Source: Gemmatimonadales bacterium
GTDB lineage: Bacteria > Gemmatimonadota > Gemmatimonadetes > Gemmatimonadales > GWC2-71-9
Direction: 5' to 3'
Length of the DNA stretch: 64,000 nt
NCBI GenBank assembly: GCA_025935995.1
Contig: JAICUF010000003.1
Location: forward strand, 67-64,066
Position 1 is the first letter of the stretch; the number at the start of each line of letters is the position of its first letter. The translations under genes and the position numbers were made by a program. Under the pieces are notes generated by a model. That model saw nothing but the letters and a program-made list of their open reading frames with translations. It had not been told where the DNA came from and searched no databases. Below, in pieces: positions 1 to 9,400 of the stretch.

Positions 1-999
1 ACCTACGTCTTCGGCCAGTCGCGGCGCGAGCTGCTGTTCGACGTCACGCCCGACACCGAGTTCGAGGCGGCCTCGCTCGGCAAGCCGGTATTTGCCGCGG
101 CCGTGCTCCGGCTGGTCGACGCCGGCCTGCTCGCTCTCGACCGGCCGCTCGGCGCCTACGCTTCGCTCCCGGACATCACGGACCGGCGCGTGCGCGCCAT
201 CACCGTTCGCCAGGTGCTGAGCCATACGACGGGGTTGCCCAACTGGCGGCAGGCGCCGGGCCCCCTCGTCCCCGACGTCGATCCCGGCACCCGCTTCACC
301 TACTCGGGCGAGGGAATCTTCTACCTCCAGCGGGTCGTGGAGCAGGTGACGGCGAAGCCGATCGAACACGTGATGCGTGAGCAGGTGCTCGATCCGCTCG
401 GGATGACCGCGTCGAGCTGCGTCTGGCGCCACGCCTTCGAGCAGACGATGGCCACCGGCTACGACGAGCGCGGCGTCGCGCTCGAGGTGTATGCCGGCAT
501 CGGTCGCCGCCTGGAGCCGCTCGCGGAGCGCTGGGGACTGCCGATGGCCGACTGGCGCTACGCCGACGCCGAGCGGGCGCTCCGCGAGGCCTTTCCCGCG
601 CTGCCGGTCCTCGGCCAGTTCATGGTACCCAACGTCGCGGGCTCCCTCCTGACCACAGTCGGGGACTACAGCCGATTCCTGATCGCGATGCTCACCGACG
701 GCGGCGGGCCGTTGGCGCTCGCTCCCGCGACCTGGCGGGCGATGTTCACACGTCAGGTGGACCTCAACAGTGCGCTCTCCTGGGGACTGGGCTGGGGGCT
801 GGAGCACGACGGGGACGACGACCTCATCTGGCACTGGGGCGCGAACGGGAGCTTCCGGAACTTCGCCCTCGCCGATCGCCGGCGGCGACGCGCCGTCGTC
901 GTTCTCACCAACAGCGCCAACGGGCCCAAGCTGTATCAGCGCATCATCACGTCGATCACCGGACGTGACCACCCCGCCTTCCTCTGGTTCCAGGTCTGA
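1..999 (+). CDS. Serine hydrolase, beta-lactamase/AmpC-like family (5' truncated by window edge)
   Basis: Frame 1 is open from base 1 (TYVFGQ...EAASLGKPV) with an SxxK motif; also LSHTTGLPN, FTYSGEG and WHWGANG motifs. Confidence 0.85.
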   Translation, partial: TYVFGQSRRELLFDVTPDTEFEAASLGKPVFAAAVLRLVDAGLLALDRPLGAYASLPDITDRRVRAITVRQVLSHTTGLPNWRQAPGPLVPDVDPGTRFTYSGEGIFYLQRVVEQVTAKPIEHVMREQVLDPLGMTASSCVWRHAFEQTMATGYDERGVALEVYAGIGRRLEPLAERWGLPMADWRYADAERALREAFPALPVLGQFMVPNVAGSLLTTVGDYSRFLIAMLTDGGGPLALAPATWRAMFTRQVDLNSALSWGLGWGLEHDGDDDLIWHWGANGSFRNFALADRRRRRAVVVLTNSANGPKLYQRIITSITGRDHPAFLWFQV

Positions 1000-1101
1000 C
1001 GGGCGCGATCGCGCCGGTCATCCCGTCTTCCGACCACTCCTGCCATATTCATATCGGGACGCCATCCTCTGGCGCTCCCCTCGTCAGCCCAAGGAGTGTG
1101 C

Positions 1102-1668
1102 ATGAGGCCGTACCGTCTCGCCGCCGGTGTTGCTCTCTCGTGTCTTGCCGCCGCGCCGGTCCGGGCGCAGGGGCTGGAGGTAGGCGTCGGCGCCGGCCCC
1201 GCGCTGCCGATCCGGCAATTTCATCAGAGTGCCCGGGTGGGATTGATGGAAACCGGCAACATCAAGCTCCAGTTCGGCGAGCACCCGGTCGCGCTGCGGC
1301 TCGATCTCGCGCACGCCGAATACGGTGGCCGCGCGACGCGCAGCTTCATCTATCCGCGCACCCGCTTCACCGGCGTCACCGCGAACGCCGAGTACGATTT
1401 CGATGCCGGCGAGACCTCCCGCTGGCGCGGATGGGGCTTCGGCGGCCTGGGCGGGTGGTACACGATCGCGGACCGGGGGGTGCCGGAAGTCCCCGCCTTC
1501 GGCCGCACCTATCTGGGACTTCAGGCCGGGCTCGGCGGCGCCTACCGGATGGGGCTGATCAATCCGTTCGTCGAATTCAGATACGTGCTCGTGTTCCGGT
1601 CGAATGCCGCCGTGAAGACCTTTCCGCTCCTCATTGGAATCCGCTTCGGCCGCAGGGAGGACTACTGA
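1102..1668 (+). CDS. Outer-membrane beta-barrel protein (small, OmpA/OmpW-like barrel)
   Basis: AAGGAG RBS at 1091-1096; signal peptide ending VRA-Q; amphipathic beta strands; C-terminal IGIRF. Confidence 0.7.
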   Translation: MRPYRLAAGVALSCLAAAPVRAQGLEVGVGAGPALPIRQFHQSARVGLMETGNIKLQFGEHPVALRLDLAHAEYGGRATRSFIYPRTRFTGVTANAEYDFDAGETSRWRGWGFGGLGGWYTIADRGVPEVPAFGRTYLGLQAGLGGAYRMGLINPFVEFRYVLVFRSNAAVKTFPLLIGIRFGRREDY

Positions 1669-1684
1669 CGCCGGAGCGCGCCGC

Positions 1685-3265
1685 ATGAAGAGCCGCCCGT
1701 TTCGCCGGCTCGTGATTCCGGCGGTGGCCGCCGTCGCGGCCGGCGCCGCCGCGTGGTCCATGCCGCCCCGGCGGCCGGTGTCGCTCGTGGTGCTCGTGGT
1801 GGTGGATCAGATGCGCCCCGACTACTTCGACCGGTTCGGCGCGCAGTTCACCGGCGGGTTCGCGCGCCTCCGGCGCGACGGCGCCTTCTTCCCGCGCGGC
1901 ACGCAGGATCATGCCATCACGCAGACCGCGCCGGGTCATTCCACGCTGCTGTCGGGACGGCCGCCGGCGAGCACCGGCATCATCACCAACGACGACGGCG
2001 TGGGCGACGCACGCTATCCGCTCCTCGACGCCCCGGGCGCGCCGGGGGCCTCACCGCGGAATTTCGAGGGGAGCTCGCTCTACGACTGGATGCTCGCGCG
2101 GGATCCGGAGGCGCGCGCGCTGGCCGTTTCGCGGAAGGACCGCGGGGCGATTCTCCCCGTCGGCCGCGCCCGCGCCGATGTCTTCTGGTTTGCCGGTGGC
2201 CACTTCACCACCAGCCGCTACTACCGGACCACGCTGCCCGACTGGGTCCGCGCCTTCAACGCACGAGGCTCGGTGGCCCGGCTCGCGGGAAAGCGCTGGG
2301 ATCTCCTGCTTCCTGCCTCCGCCTATCCCGAGCCCGACTCGGAACCGTGGGAGCGGAACGGCCGGGACATCGCCTTTCCGCACATCCTGCCCGGCGCCGA
2401 CTCGATCGCGGATGGGGTGGCGCTCTATCCGTGGATGGATTCGCTGACGCTCGACCTCGCGCTCGACGGCGTGCGGCAGACCGGCATCGGCCGGCGCTCC
2501 GGGCCCGACCTCCTCGTCGTGTCGCTCTCGACCACGGACAAGATCGGCCACGACTGGGGACCCGACTCCCGCGAGGTCCACGATCACCTGCTGCGGCTCG
2601 ACCGCTGGCTCGGCCGCTTCTTCGACTCGCTCGGCACGATGGTGCCGGCGGCGCGCACCCTCGTCGTGCTCTCCGCCGACCACGGCACCGAGCATGTTCC
2701 CGAATACGTGCGCACCCGGCTTCATGAGCCCGCGGGCCGGCAGTGGCTCGATTCCGCCGTTACGGAAGGACGCGCCCGCTTCGACGCGCGCTATCACCGC
2801 GATTTCGGCTTTCGCTTCGAATACGGCCTGCTCATGGGCGACACGGCCGAGCTCGCGGCCCTCGGCGTGCCGGTGGACAGCGTCGCGGCCGCGTGGGCCG
2901 CGGTCGCCGCCCGCCGACCCGGAGTCGCCCGCGTCTATACCCCGCGCTCGCTTGCCCACGCTCCCTCGAGCGACACGATGGCGGCACGATGGAAGCGGTC
3001 CATTCCGCCCGGCACGGGCTGGCTCTTCGCCGCCGTGCCGGAGCGCCACGTGATCTGGTCGAAGACGGGTGTTGCCAACCATGGCACGCCCCTCGAGGCC
3101 GACGTCCGCGTGCCGATCCTCTTCATGGGTCCGGGCATCCGGCCGGGCCGCTACGAGCGGCCGGTCCGCACCGTGGACATCGGTCCCACGCTCGCGCGGC
3201 TGATCGGCGTGGCGCCGACCGAGCCGGTGCTGGGCCGCCCACTCCGGGAGGTCGCCGGGCCATGA
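1685..3265 (+). CDS. Alkaline phosphatase superfamily protein (PafA/nucleotide pyrophosphatase-like)
   Basis: VVDQMR, TQTAPGHSTLLSG (Thr nucleophile), SRKDRGAIL, DKIGHDWGP, SADHG and NHG motifs; N-terminal export signal. Confidence 0.88.
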   Translation: MKSRPFRRLVIPAVAAVAAGAAAWSMPPRRPVSLVVLVVVDQMRPDYFDRFGAQFTGGFARLRRDGAFFPRGTQDHAITQTAPGHSTLLSGRPPASTGIITNDDGVGDARYPLLDAPGAPGASPRNFEGSSLYDWMLARDPEARALAVSRKDRGAILPVGRARADVFWFAGGHFTTSRYYRTTLPDWVRAFNARGSVARLAGKRWDLLLPASAYPEPDSEPWERNGRDIAFPHILPGADSIADGVALYPWMDSLTLDLALDGVRQTGIGRRSGPDLLVVSLSTTDKIGHDWGPDSREVHDHLLRLDRWLGRFFDSLGTMVPAARTLVVLSADHGTEHVPEYVRTRLHEPAGRQWLDSAVTEGRARFDARYHRDFGFRFEYGLLMGDTAELAALGVPVDSVAAAWAAVAARRPGVARVYTPRSLAHAPSSDTMAARWKRSIPPGTGWLFAAVPERHVIWSKTGVANHGTPLEADVRVPILFMGPGIRPGRYERPVRTVDIGPTLARLIGVAPTEPVLGRPLREVAGP

Positions 3266-3606
3266 GCCATCCCGAGCTGCCCTGCTTTCCCTGTCCCCAC
3301 GCCTCGTCCTGCTGCGCGTACGGCGTGACGCTGAGTGACGAGGAGGCCGCGCTCATCAGCGAGGCGCACGGGCCGGACGTACTCTATCGCACCCGCTGGG
3401 GCGAGTGGCGGACGCGCGTGCGCCGGCGCCGCTGCGTCTTCCTGCGCGACAACGTCTGCACCATTCACGGCCAGCCCTACTATCCCGCCGTCTGCCGCGG
3501 CTTCCCGTGGACCGATGCCGAGACGGGCGGTCCCTACGAATACGACCGGACGATCTGTCCCGAGTTCGTGGCCCGGCCGGAGCTGGTCCGGATCGGCCGC
3601 GGCTGA
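3262..3606 (+). CDS. YkgJ-like cysteine-cluster (Zn/Fe-chelating) protein
   Basis: ATGA overlap with upstream gene; CxxC..CC, CVFL, CTIH..YPAVCRGFP pattern. Confidence 0.8.
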   Translation: MSHPELPCFPCPHASSCCAYGVTLSDEEAALISEAHGPDVLYRTRWGEWRTRVRRRRCVFLRDNVCTIHGQPYYPAVCRGFPWTDAETGGPYEYDRTICPEFVARPELVRIGRG

Positions 3607-3634
3607 GCGCCTGCCCATCCTCGCGAGGTTTCCG

Positions 3635-4924
3635 ATGCCGTTTCGCCCGTCCGCCCGAGCGGTCCTGCTTCTCACCCTCATCGCCCCCGTCATGGCCTCC
3701 TCCGCCGCCGCCCAGACCTCCGATGCCGCGCTCGAGCATGCGCGCCGCCTGCTCCGGTCCACGCCGCTGATCGACGGCCACAACGATCTGCCGTGGGAGA
3801 TCCGGACCTCGAAGGCGGCGCCGCGCGACGTGGATGCCTACGACCTGCGGCGGCGCTCGGAGAAGCACACCGACCTCGACCGGCTCGCCCGCGGCGAGGT
3901 GGCGGCCCAGTTCTGGTCGATCTACGTGCCGGGCGAGGTGAAGGACAGCGGCTACGCGCGCATCCAGCTGGAGCAGTTCGACATCGCGCGCCGCATGATC
4001 GCGCATTATCCCGACCGCCTGGCCCTCGCGCTCACCGCCGACGACATCGAGCGCGACTTCCACCAGGGCCGGATCGCGTCCCTCCTCGGCATGGAGGGCG
4101 GCCACGTCATCGAGAATTCGCTCGGGGCGCTGCGCGCCTACTACGACCTCGGCGCGCGCTACATGACGCTCACCCACAACGTCACCCTCCGCTGGGCCGA
4201 CGCGGCGCTCGACTCCGCGGCACACGGCGGCCTCACGCCGTTCGGCAGGGAAGTGGTGCGCGAGATGAACCGGCTCGGCATGCTGGTGGACCTCTCACAC
4301 GTCTCCCCCGGCACGATGAGCGACGCGCTCGACGTCAGCCAGGCGCCGGTCATCTTCTCGCACTCCTCGGCGCGAGCGCTCACCGACGTCGCGCGCAATG
4401 TGCCCGACTCGATCCTCGCACGGCTGCCGAAGAACGGCGGCGTGGTGATGGTCAGCTTCGTTCCCGGCTTCATCTCGACCGCGATCGACGAGTACGACCG
4501 CGCGCGCGGGGCCCGCTTCCGGGAAATCCGCGCCTCCACCAACGACAGTGCCGAGGTGCGGCGCCTCATGACCGAGTGGCGGGCCGCGCACCCGCGCCCG
4601 AAGGCGACGATCAAGGATGTGGCCGACCACATCGAGCACGTGCGCAAGATCGCCGGCGTCGACCATGTCGGCATCGGCAGCGATTTCGACGGGATCGACG
4701 AAACGCCCGAGGGCCTCGAGGACTCCTCGACCTATCCGTATCTCTTCGCGGAGCTCATCCGGCGCGGCTGGAGCGACGCCGACCTGAAGAAGCTGGCCGG
4801 TCAGAACCTCCTCCGGGCATTCCGTGGGGCCGAGGCGACCGCGAAGCGGCTGCAGCAGACGACGCGGCCGTCCACCAAGACTATCGAGGAGCTGGATGGT
4901 CCGGCCCCCGCGCCGGCGACCTGA
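3635..4924 (+). CDS. Membrane dipeptidase (peptidase M19)
   Basis: IDGHNDLPW, GMEGGH, YMTLTH, VDLSH, FSHS, GIGSDFDG motifs; signal peptide. Confidence 0.92.
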   Translation: MPFRPSARAVLLLTLIAPVMASSAAAQTSDAALEHARRLLRSTPLIDGHNDLPWEIRTSKAAPRDVDAYDLRRRSEKHTDLDRLARGEVAAQFWSIYVPGEVKDSGYARIQLEQFDIARRMIAHYPDRLALALTADDIERDFHQGRIASLLGMEGGHVIENSLGALRAYYDLGARYMTLTHNVTLRWADAALDSAAHGGLTPFGREVVREMNRLGMLVDLSHVSPGTMSDALDVSQAPVIFSHSSARALTDVARNVPDSILARLPKNGGVVMVSFVPGFISTAIDEYDRARGARFREIRASTNDSAEVRRLMTEWRAAHPRPKATIKDVADHIEHVRKIAGVDHVGIGSDFDGIDETPEGLEDSSTYPYLFAELIRRGWSDADLKKLAGQNLLRAFRGAEATAKRLQQTTRPSTKTIEELDGPAPAPAT

Positions 4925-5612
4925 AGGCGACGATGCCGCCGACGATGAGCGCGGTGGCCGCAAACGCGAACCACTGGATCGCGTAGCTCAGGTGCGGTCC
5001 GTCGTCGAGCGCGGGGAGGGCAAGGCGGCGGGGAAAATGGGGGAGGCCGGAATCGGGCGTCTGCAGGAGGTAGACGCCGAGGACGGGGTAGGGGAGCAGC
5101 CTTCGCAGCGTATCGAGCTCGAGGCGCGCCCAGGTCGTGCGTCCGTTCTGCGTGAGCGGTGCACCGGGACGTCCGCGGTTTTCGATCGCGATCGCGACGC
5201 CGTGCACCGCCACTTCTCCCGGCTCGTCGAGCCCCCTGAGGTCCGCGCTCACCGCGTCGGGTGCGGGCACGAAGCCGCGCTTGACCAGTACGGCCGCACC
5301 TCCCGGCAGCAGGAGCGGCGTCACGACCTGCACGCCGGGCGCCTCCTCGAAGCTCACGCCCCGAAGCACGATCTCTCGCGCGGGGTCGTAGTGTCCCACC
5401 GCCCGGACGCGACGCTCGGCCAGGCGGAAGGTGCCGGCCGTATCCGACATCCGGGTGAGGTCGACCTCGGGCGCGTGACGGGCTGCGGCGGCCGCGCGGT
5501 TGGCCGCCCGACGTCCGGCCAGCCGGTGAAGCTGCCAGATCCCGAGTCGAACGCAGACGAGCGCGACGAGCGTGAGCAGGGCAGGCAGGATGTACCGCGA
5601 GCGGGGTGACAT
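4881..5612 (-). CDS. SURF1 family protein
   Basis: N-terminal TM followed by LGIWQLHR; VLVKRGFVP; C-terminal HLSYAIQWFAFA plus TM. ATG at 5612 chosen inside the longer ORF. Confidence 0.9.
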   Translation of the reverse strand: MSPRSRYILPALLTLVALVCVRLGIWQLHRLAGRRAANRAAAAARHAPEVDLTRMSDTAGTFRLAERRVRAVGHYDPAREIVLRGVSFEEAPGVQVVTPLLLPGGAAVLVKRGFVPAPDAVSADLRGLDEPGEVAVHGVAIAIENRGRPGAPLTQNGRTTWARLELDTLRRLLPYPVLGVYLLQTPDSGLPHFPRRLALPALDDGPHLSYAIQWFAFAATALIVGGIVAFRSPARGPDHPAPR

Positions 5613-5777
5613 GAGTGTCTGCTCCTGAGGACGATCGGCCGTCGGCGTGCCCCGCGGCGAAAACCGCAAATGCGCTGTCGGCAAAAAGATAGGCGACTTC
5701 GTCTCGCGCGGCCCACTCCTTGCCGTCCGGTCAGGCGTTCCCGAGGGGCCAGACCGACTTCTTCCTGGGTGACCATC

Positions 5778-6398
5778 ATGCGATCTGCCGTCCGCGCCGC
5801 CGCCCTCGCGCTCGCCCTCCCGTTCCTCGTCTCGTCCACCCTTCTCGCGCAGCACCGCCGACCCGGCGTGATCGACGTGTCGGGGCGCGCCCGACACGGC
5901 TTCTGGGGCTCCTTCGGGCTGGGCGCCGGCGCGGAATCGGTCAACCTCGAGGATGACGGCTTCGGGTACAGCGACAACCTCACGAAGCCGACCGTGCAGA
6001 TCCGGCTGGGCGGCACGGTCAACCCGAATCTCCGCCTTGGCGGTGAGATCTCGAGCTGGGTCAATTCCTACTACGACGGCGGCAATGTCACCGAAACGGT
6101 GAGCGGCGTGTTCGGGATCGCGCAATTCTATCCGGCGACCCGCGCCGGGCTCTACCTCAAGGGCGGCGTCGGAATCGGCCGGAGCGCCGTGGACTACAGC
6201 GGCGGGCCGACCATCAGCGATCTCGGCCTGGCCGGCGTGCTCGGGGTGGGGTACGACATCAGGGTCGGCCGCCATCTCGCGATCACGCCGACCCTCGATT
6301 TCCAGTACCACGACTACTCCGGCGCCGAGGGTGGCGGCTACCGCGAGCGGATCGGCGCGATCGGCGTGGCGCTCACCTATCAGTCCGGCGCGTTCTGA
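5778..6398 (+). CDS. Outer-membrane beta-barrel protein
   Basis: Signal peptide (LLA-Q); Gly/aromatic alternating strands (YLKGGVGIG, LGVGYDI). Confidence 0.72.
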   Translation: MRSAVRAAALALALPFLVSSTLLAQHRRPGVIDVSGRARHGFWGSFGLGAGAESVNLEDDGFGYSDNLTKPTVQIRLGGTVNPNLRLGGEISSWVNSYYDGGNVTETVSGVFGIAQFYPATRAGLYLKGGVGIGRSAVDYSGGPTISDLGLAGVLGVGYDIRVGRHLAITPTLDFQYHDYSGAEGGGYRERIGAIGVALTYQSGAF

Positions 6399-6429
6399 TC
6401 TCACCTGAGGGCCGATCCCGTACTATCTT

Positions 6430-6463
6430 TGAAGGGCGCCCGCCGAGTGGCGGGCGCCCTTCA
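6430..6463. promoter_or_regulatory. Perfect 15-bp inverted repeat (terminator or leader hairpin) just before the large adhesin gene
   Basis: TGAAGGGCGCCCGCC-GAGT-GGCGGGCGCCCTTCA; TACTAT -10-like hexamer at 6421-6426. Confidence 0.6.
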
Positions 6464-6466
6464 CGT

Positions 6467-9400
6467 GTGACCCCGGACATCGTGCCCTTCTCTGGTTCTG
6501 CCATCGCATCCGTGCTGGCCCTGGCCGCGCTCGCCACCGCGTGTGGCGGCGACAAGCTGGTCCTGCCGGACGAGACTCTTCCGACCGCCATCGCGGTCGT
6601 GAAGGGGAATGGCCAGACCGGCACCGTCGGCGCCCTCCTCGCCGATTCCGTCGTCGTGCGGGTCACCGACGCGAGCGGCCGGCCGGTCGAGAACCAGCCG
6701 GTGACGTTCAGCGTCACCGCTGGCGGTGGCTCCGTCGCCCCGGTCACGAGCAATACCAACGCCGACGGCCGGGCCGGTGCGCGCTGGACGCTCGGGACCA
6801 GCGCGGGCGCGCAGGCCGGCCAGGCCAGGGTGACCGGCGACGGTGCCCCCGCCAATCTCGTCGCCGGCTTCACCGCCACGGCGAACCCGGCCGGCGCGGC
6901 GTCCATCGCCATCGTCTCGGGGAACAGTCAGACCGGCACGGCAGGCTCGGCGCTGGCCGATTCGCTCGTGGTGGTGGTGCGCGATGCCGCGGGGAATCCG
7001 GTGCCGGGGGTGACCGTCACCTGGTCGGCCTCCGGCGGCGGCACCGTGAGCGCCCCGACCGTGCCGACCGGAGCCGATGGGCACTCCGCCGTCCGGCGCA
7101 CGCTCGGCACGGCCGCGGGTCCGGAGTCCACGGTCGCCTCGGCGACGGGACTTACCGGCTCGCCGGTGACCTTCGCGGCGACGGCGGCGGTCGGCACGGC
7201 CGGACAGCTCGCCGTGGCGCGCCAGCCATCCCCGACCGCGCAGAGCGGCGTCGCGTTCGCGGTGCAGCCGCAGGTTCAGCTTCAGGACGCCAACGGCAAC
7301 GATGTGCACTCGGCGGGAATCGCGATCACGGCATCGCTCGGATCGGGTCCGGGCGGATCCGTCGTCGGGTCCGTCACGGCCGCGACCAGCAGCTCCGGCC
7401 TCGCGACGTTCAGCAATCTGGGCCTGAGCGGGCCCGCCGGCTCGTACACCCTCAACTTCAGCGGCGTCAACCTCACCGGCGCCACGTCCGACCCGGTGGC
7501 GATCGGGGCGGGGAGCGCCACGAAGCTCGACCTCGCCGTGCCCCCGTCGCCGACGGCATCGAGTGGAAGCCCGCTGGCGACGCAGCCCGTCATCCAGCTC
7601 GTCGATGCCGCGGGGAATCCGGTGGCACAGGCCGGCGTGACGGTGACCGCGCAGATCCAGTCGGGGAGTCCGACGCTGTCGGGCACGACGAGCAGGGCCA
7701 CCGATGCGTCGGGCCGTGCGACGTTCTCGAACCTCACGCTGAGCGGCGCGGCGGGCGGCCAGGCCACCATCGCGTTCGGTGCCGGCGGTCTGGCCGGCGT
7801 CGTCTCCGGAACGATCACGCTGGGCGCGGGCAACGTGAGCGCCGGCAACTCGTCCCTCTCGCTGAGCGGCTCGCCCATCACGGCCAGCGGCGGCTCCAGC
7901 ACTGCCACCGTCACGGTGACCGCGCGGGATGCGAGCGGCAACGTCATTCCGGGCGCCGCGGTCTCCGTGTCGGTCACCGGCACCAACAGCGTCACGCAGC
8001 CGGCCGGCGGGGTGGCCGGCTCGAACGGCGTCGCGACCGCGACGATCAGCTCCACCGAGGCCGGCATCAAGACCGTCACCGCGACGATCAACGGTACCAC
8101 GGTGACGCAGACCGCCACCCTCACCGTGAATTCCGCCGCGCCTTCGGCCGGTCATTCGAGCGTGAGCGCCGCACCGGCCGGGATCGCGGCGGTGACGGGG
8201 ACGGCGACCGTCACGGTGACCGTCCGGGACGCGTTCGACAATGCGATCGCCGGCGCGACGGTCGTCCTCTCGGCCACCGGCTCGGGCAACAGCATCACCC
8301 AGCCGGTCGGCACCACGAACGCCTCCGGCGTCGCCGCAGGAAGTCTGGCGTCGAGCGCCGCGGGGCCGAAGGTAGTGTCGGCCACCGCCGCCCGGGGCGG
8401 CCCGCCCGTCGGCATCACCCAGACGGCGACGGTGACCGTCGGGATCGGCAACGCCGATCCGGCCACCTCGACCGTCGCGGTGGTGCCCGCCACGCTCACG
8501 GTCGGTGTAGGCAGCGCCACGATCACGGTCACCGCGCGCGATGCCGGCGGCAACACGATCAGCGGCGCCGCCGTTGCCCTCAGCGTCACCGGAAGCGGCA
8601 ACACGATCACGCCGTCGAGCGGCTCGACCGACGGCAGCGGCGTCTTCAGCGCTTCGCTCTCGAGCCTCGAGAGCGGGATCAAGACGGTGACCGCGAGCGT
8701 GAACGGCACGACGCTCACGTCGCAGCCCGGCGTGACCGTGAGTGCCGCGTCCACCACGACGACGCTCACGCTCAGCGGGAGCACCACCGTCGTCGGCCAG
8801 CCCATCACCGCCGGCTGGACGGTGGTTCCCGCGGGAAGCGGCACGCCGACCGGCAACGTGACCGTGAGCGGCGGCGGCGGGAGCTGCACCGCCCCCGTCG
8901 CGGCCGGCAGCTGCGTGCTCGCCGCCACCGCCGCGGGCTCGAACACCGTCTTCACGGCCACCTACGCCGGCGACGGCGACTTCGCCGGCAGCACCGACAC
9001 CGCGACACGCACCATCGGCACCGCTTCGACCACCACGACGATCAGCTCCGACAGCCCCGATCCGTCGAATGCGGGGCAGCCGGTGACGGTGTCGTATGCC
9101 GTCACGGCCGACGCCCCCGGTGGCGGCACGCCGGCCGGCGGCGTCACCGTATCCGATGGCGTGAACAGCTGCACCGCCACCGTGGCCGCGGGAAGCTGTG
9201 CGCTTTCGCTCTCGACCCTCGGCGCGCGAACGCTCACGGCCAGCTATGCGGGGAACGCGAACTACGCCGCGAGCACGTCGGGCGGCGTGGCGCATTCGGT
9301 GCAGGCCAACGGCGCCACCGTCGCGGTGACCGGCTCGCCGGCGAGCGCGGTGACCGGGCAGACGGTGACCTTCACGGCGACCGTGAGCGGCGCGTCGGGC

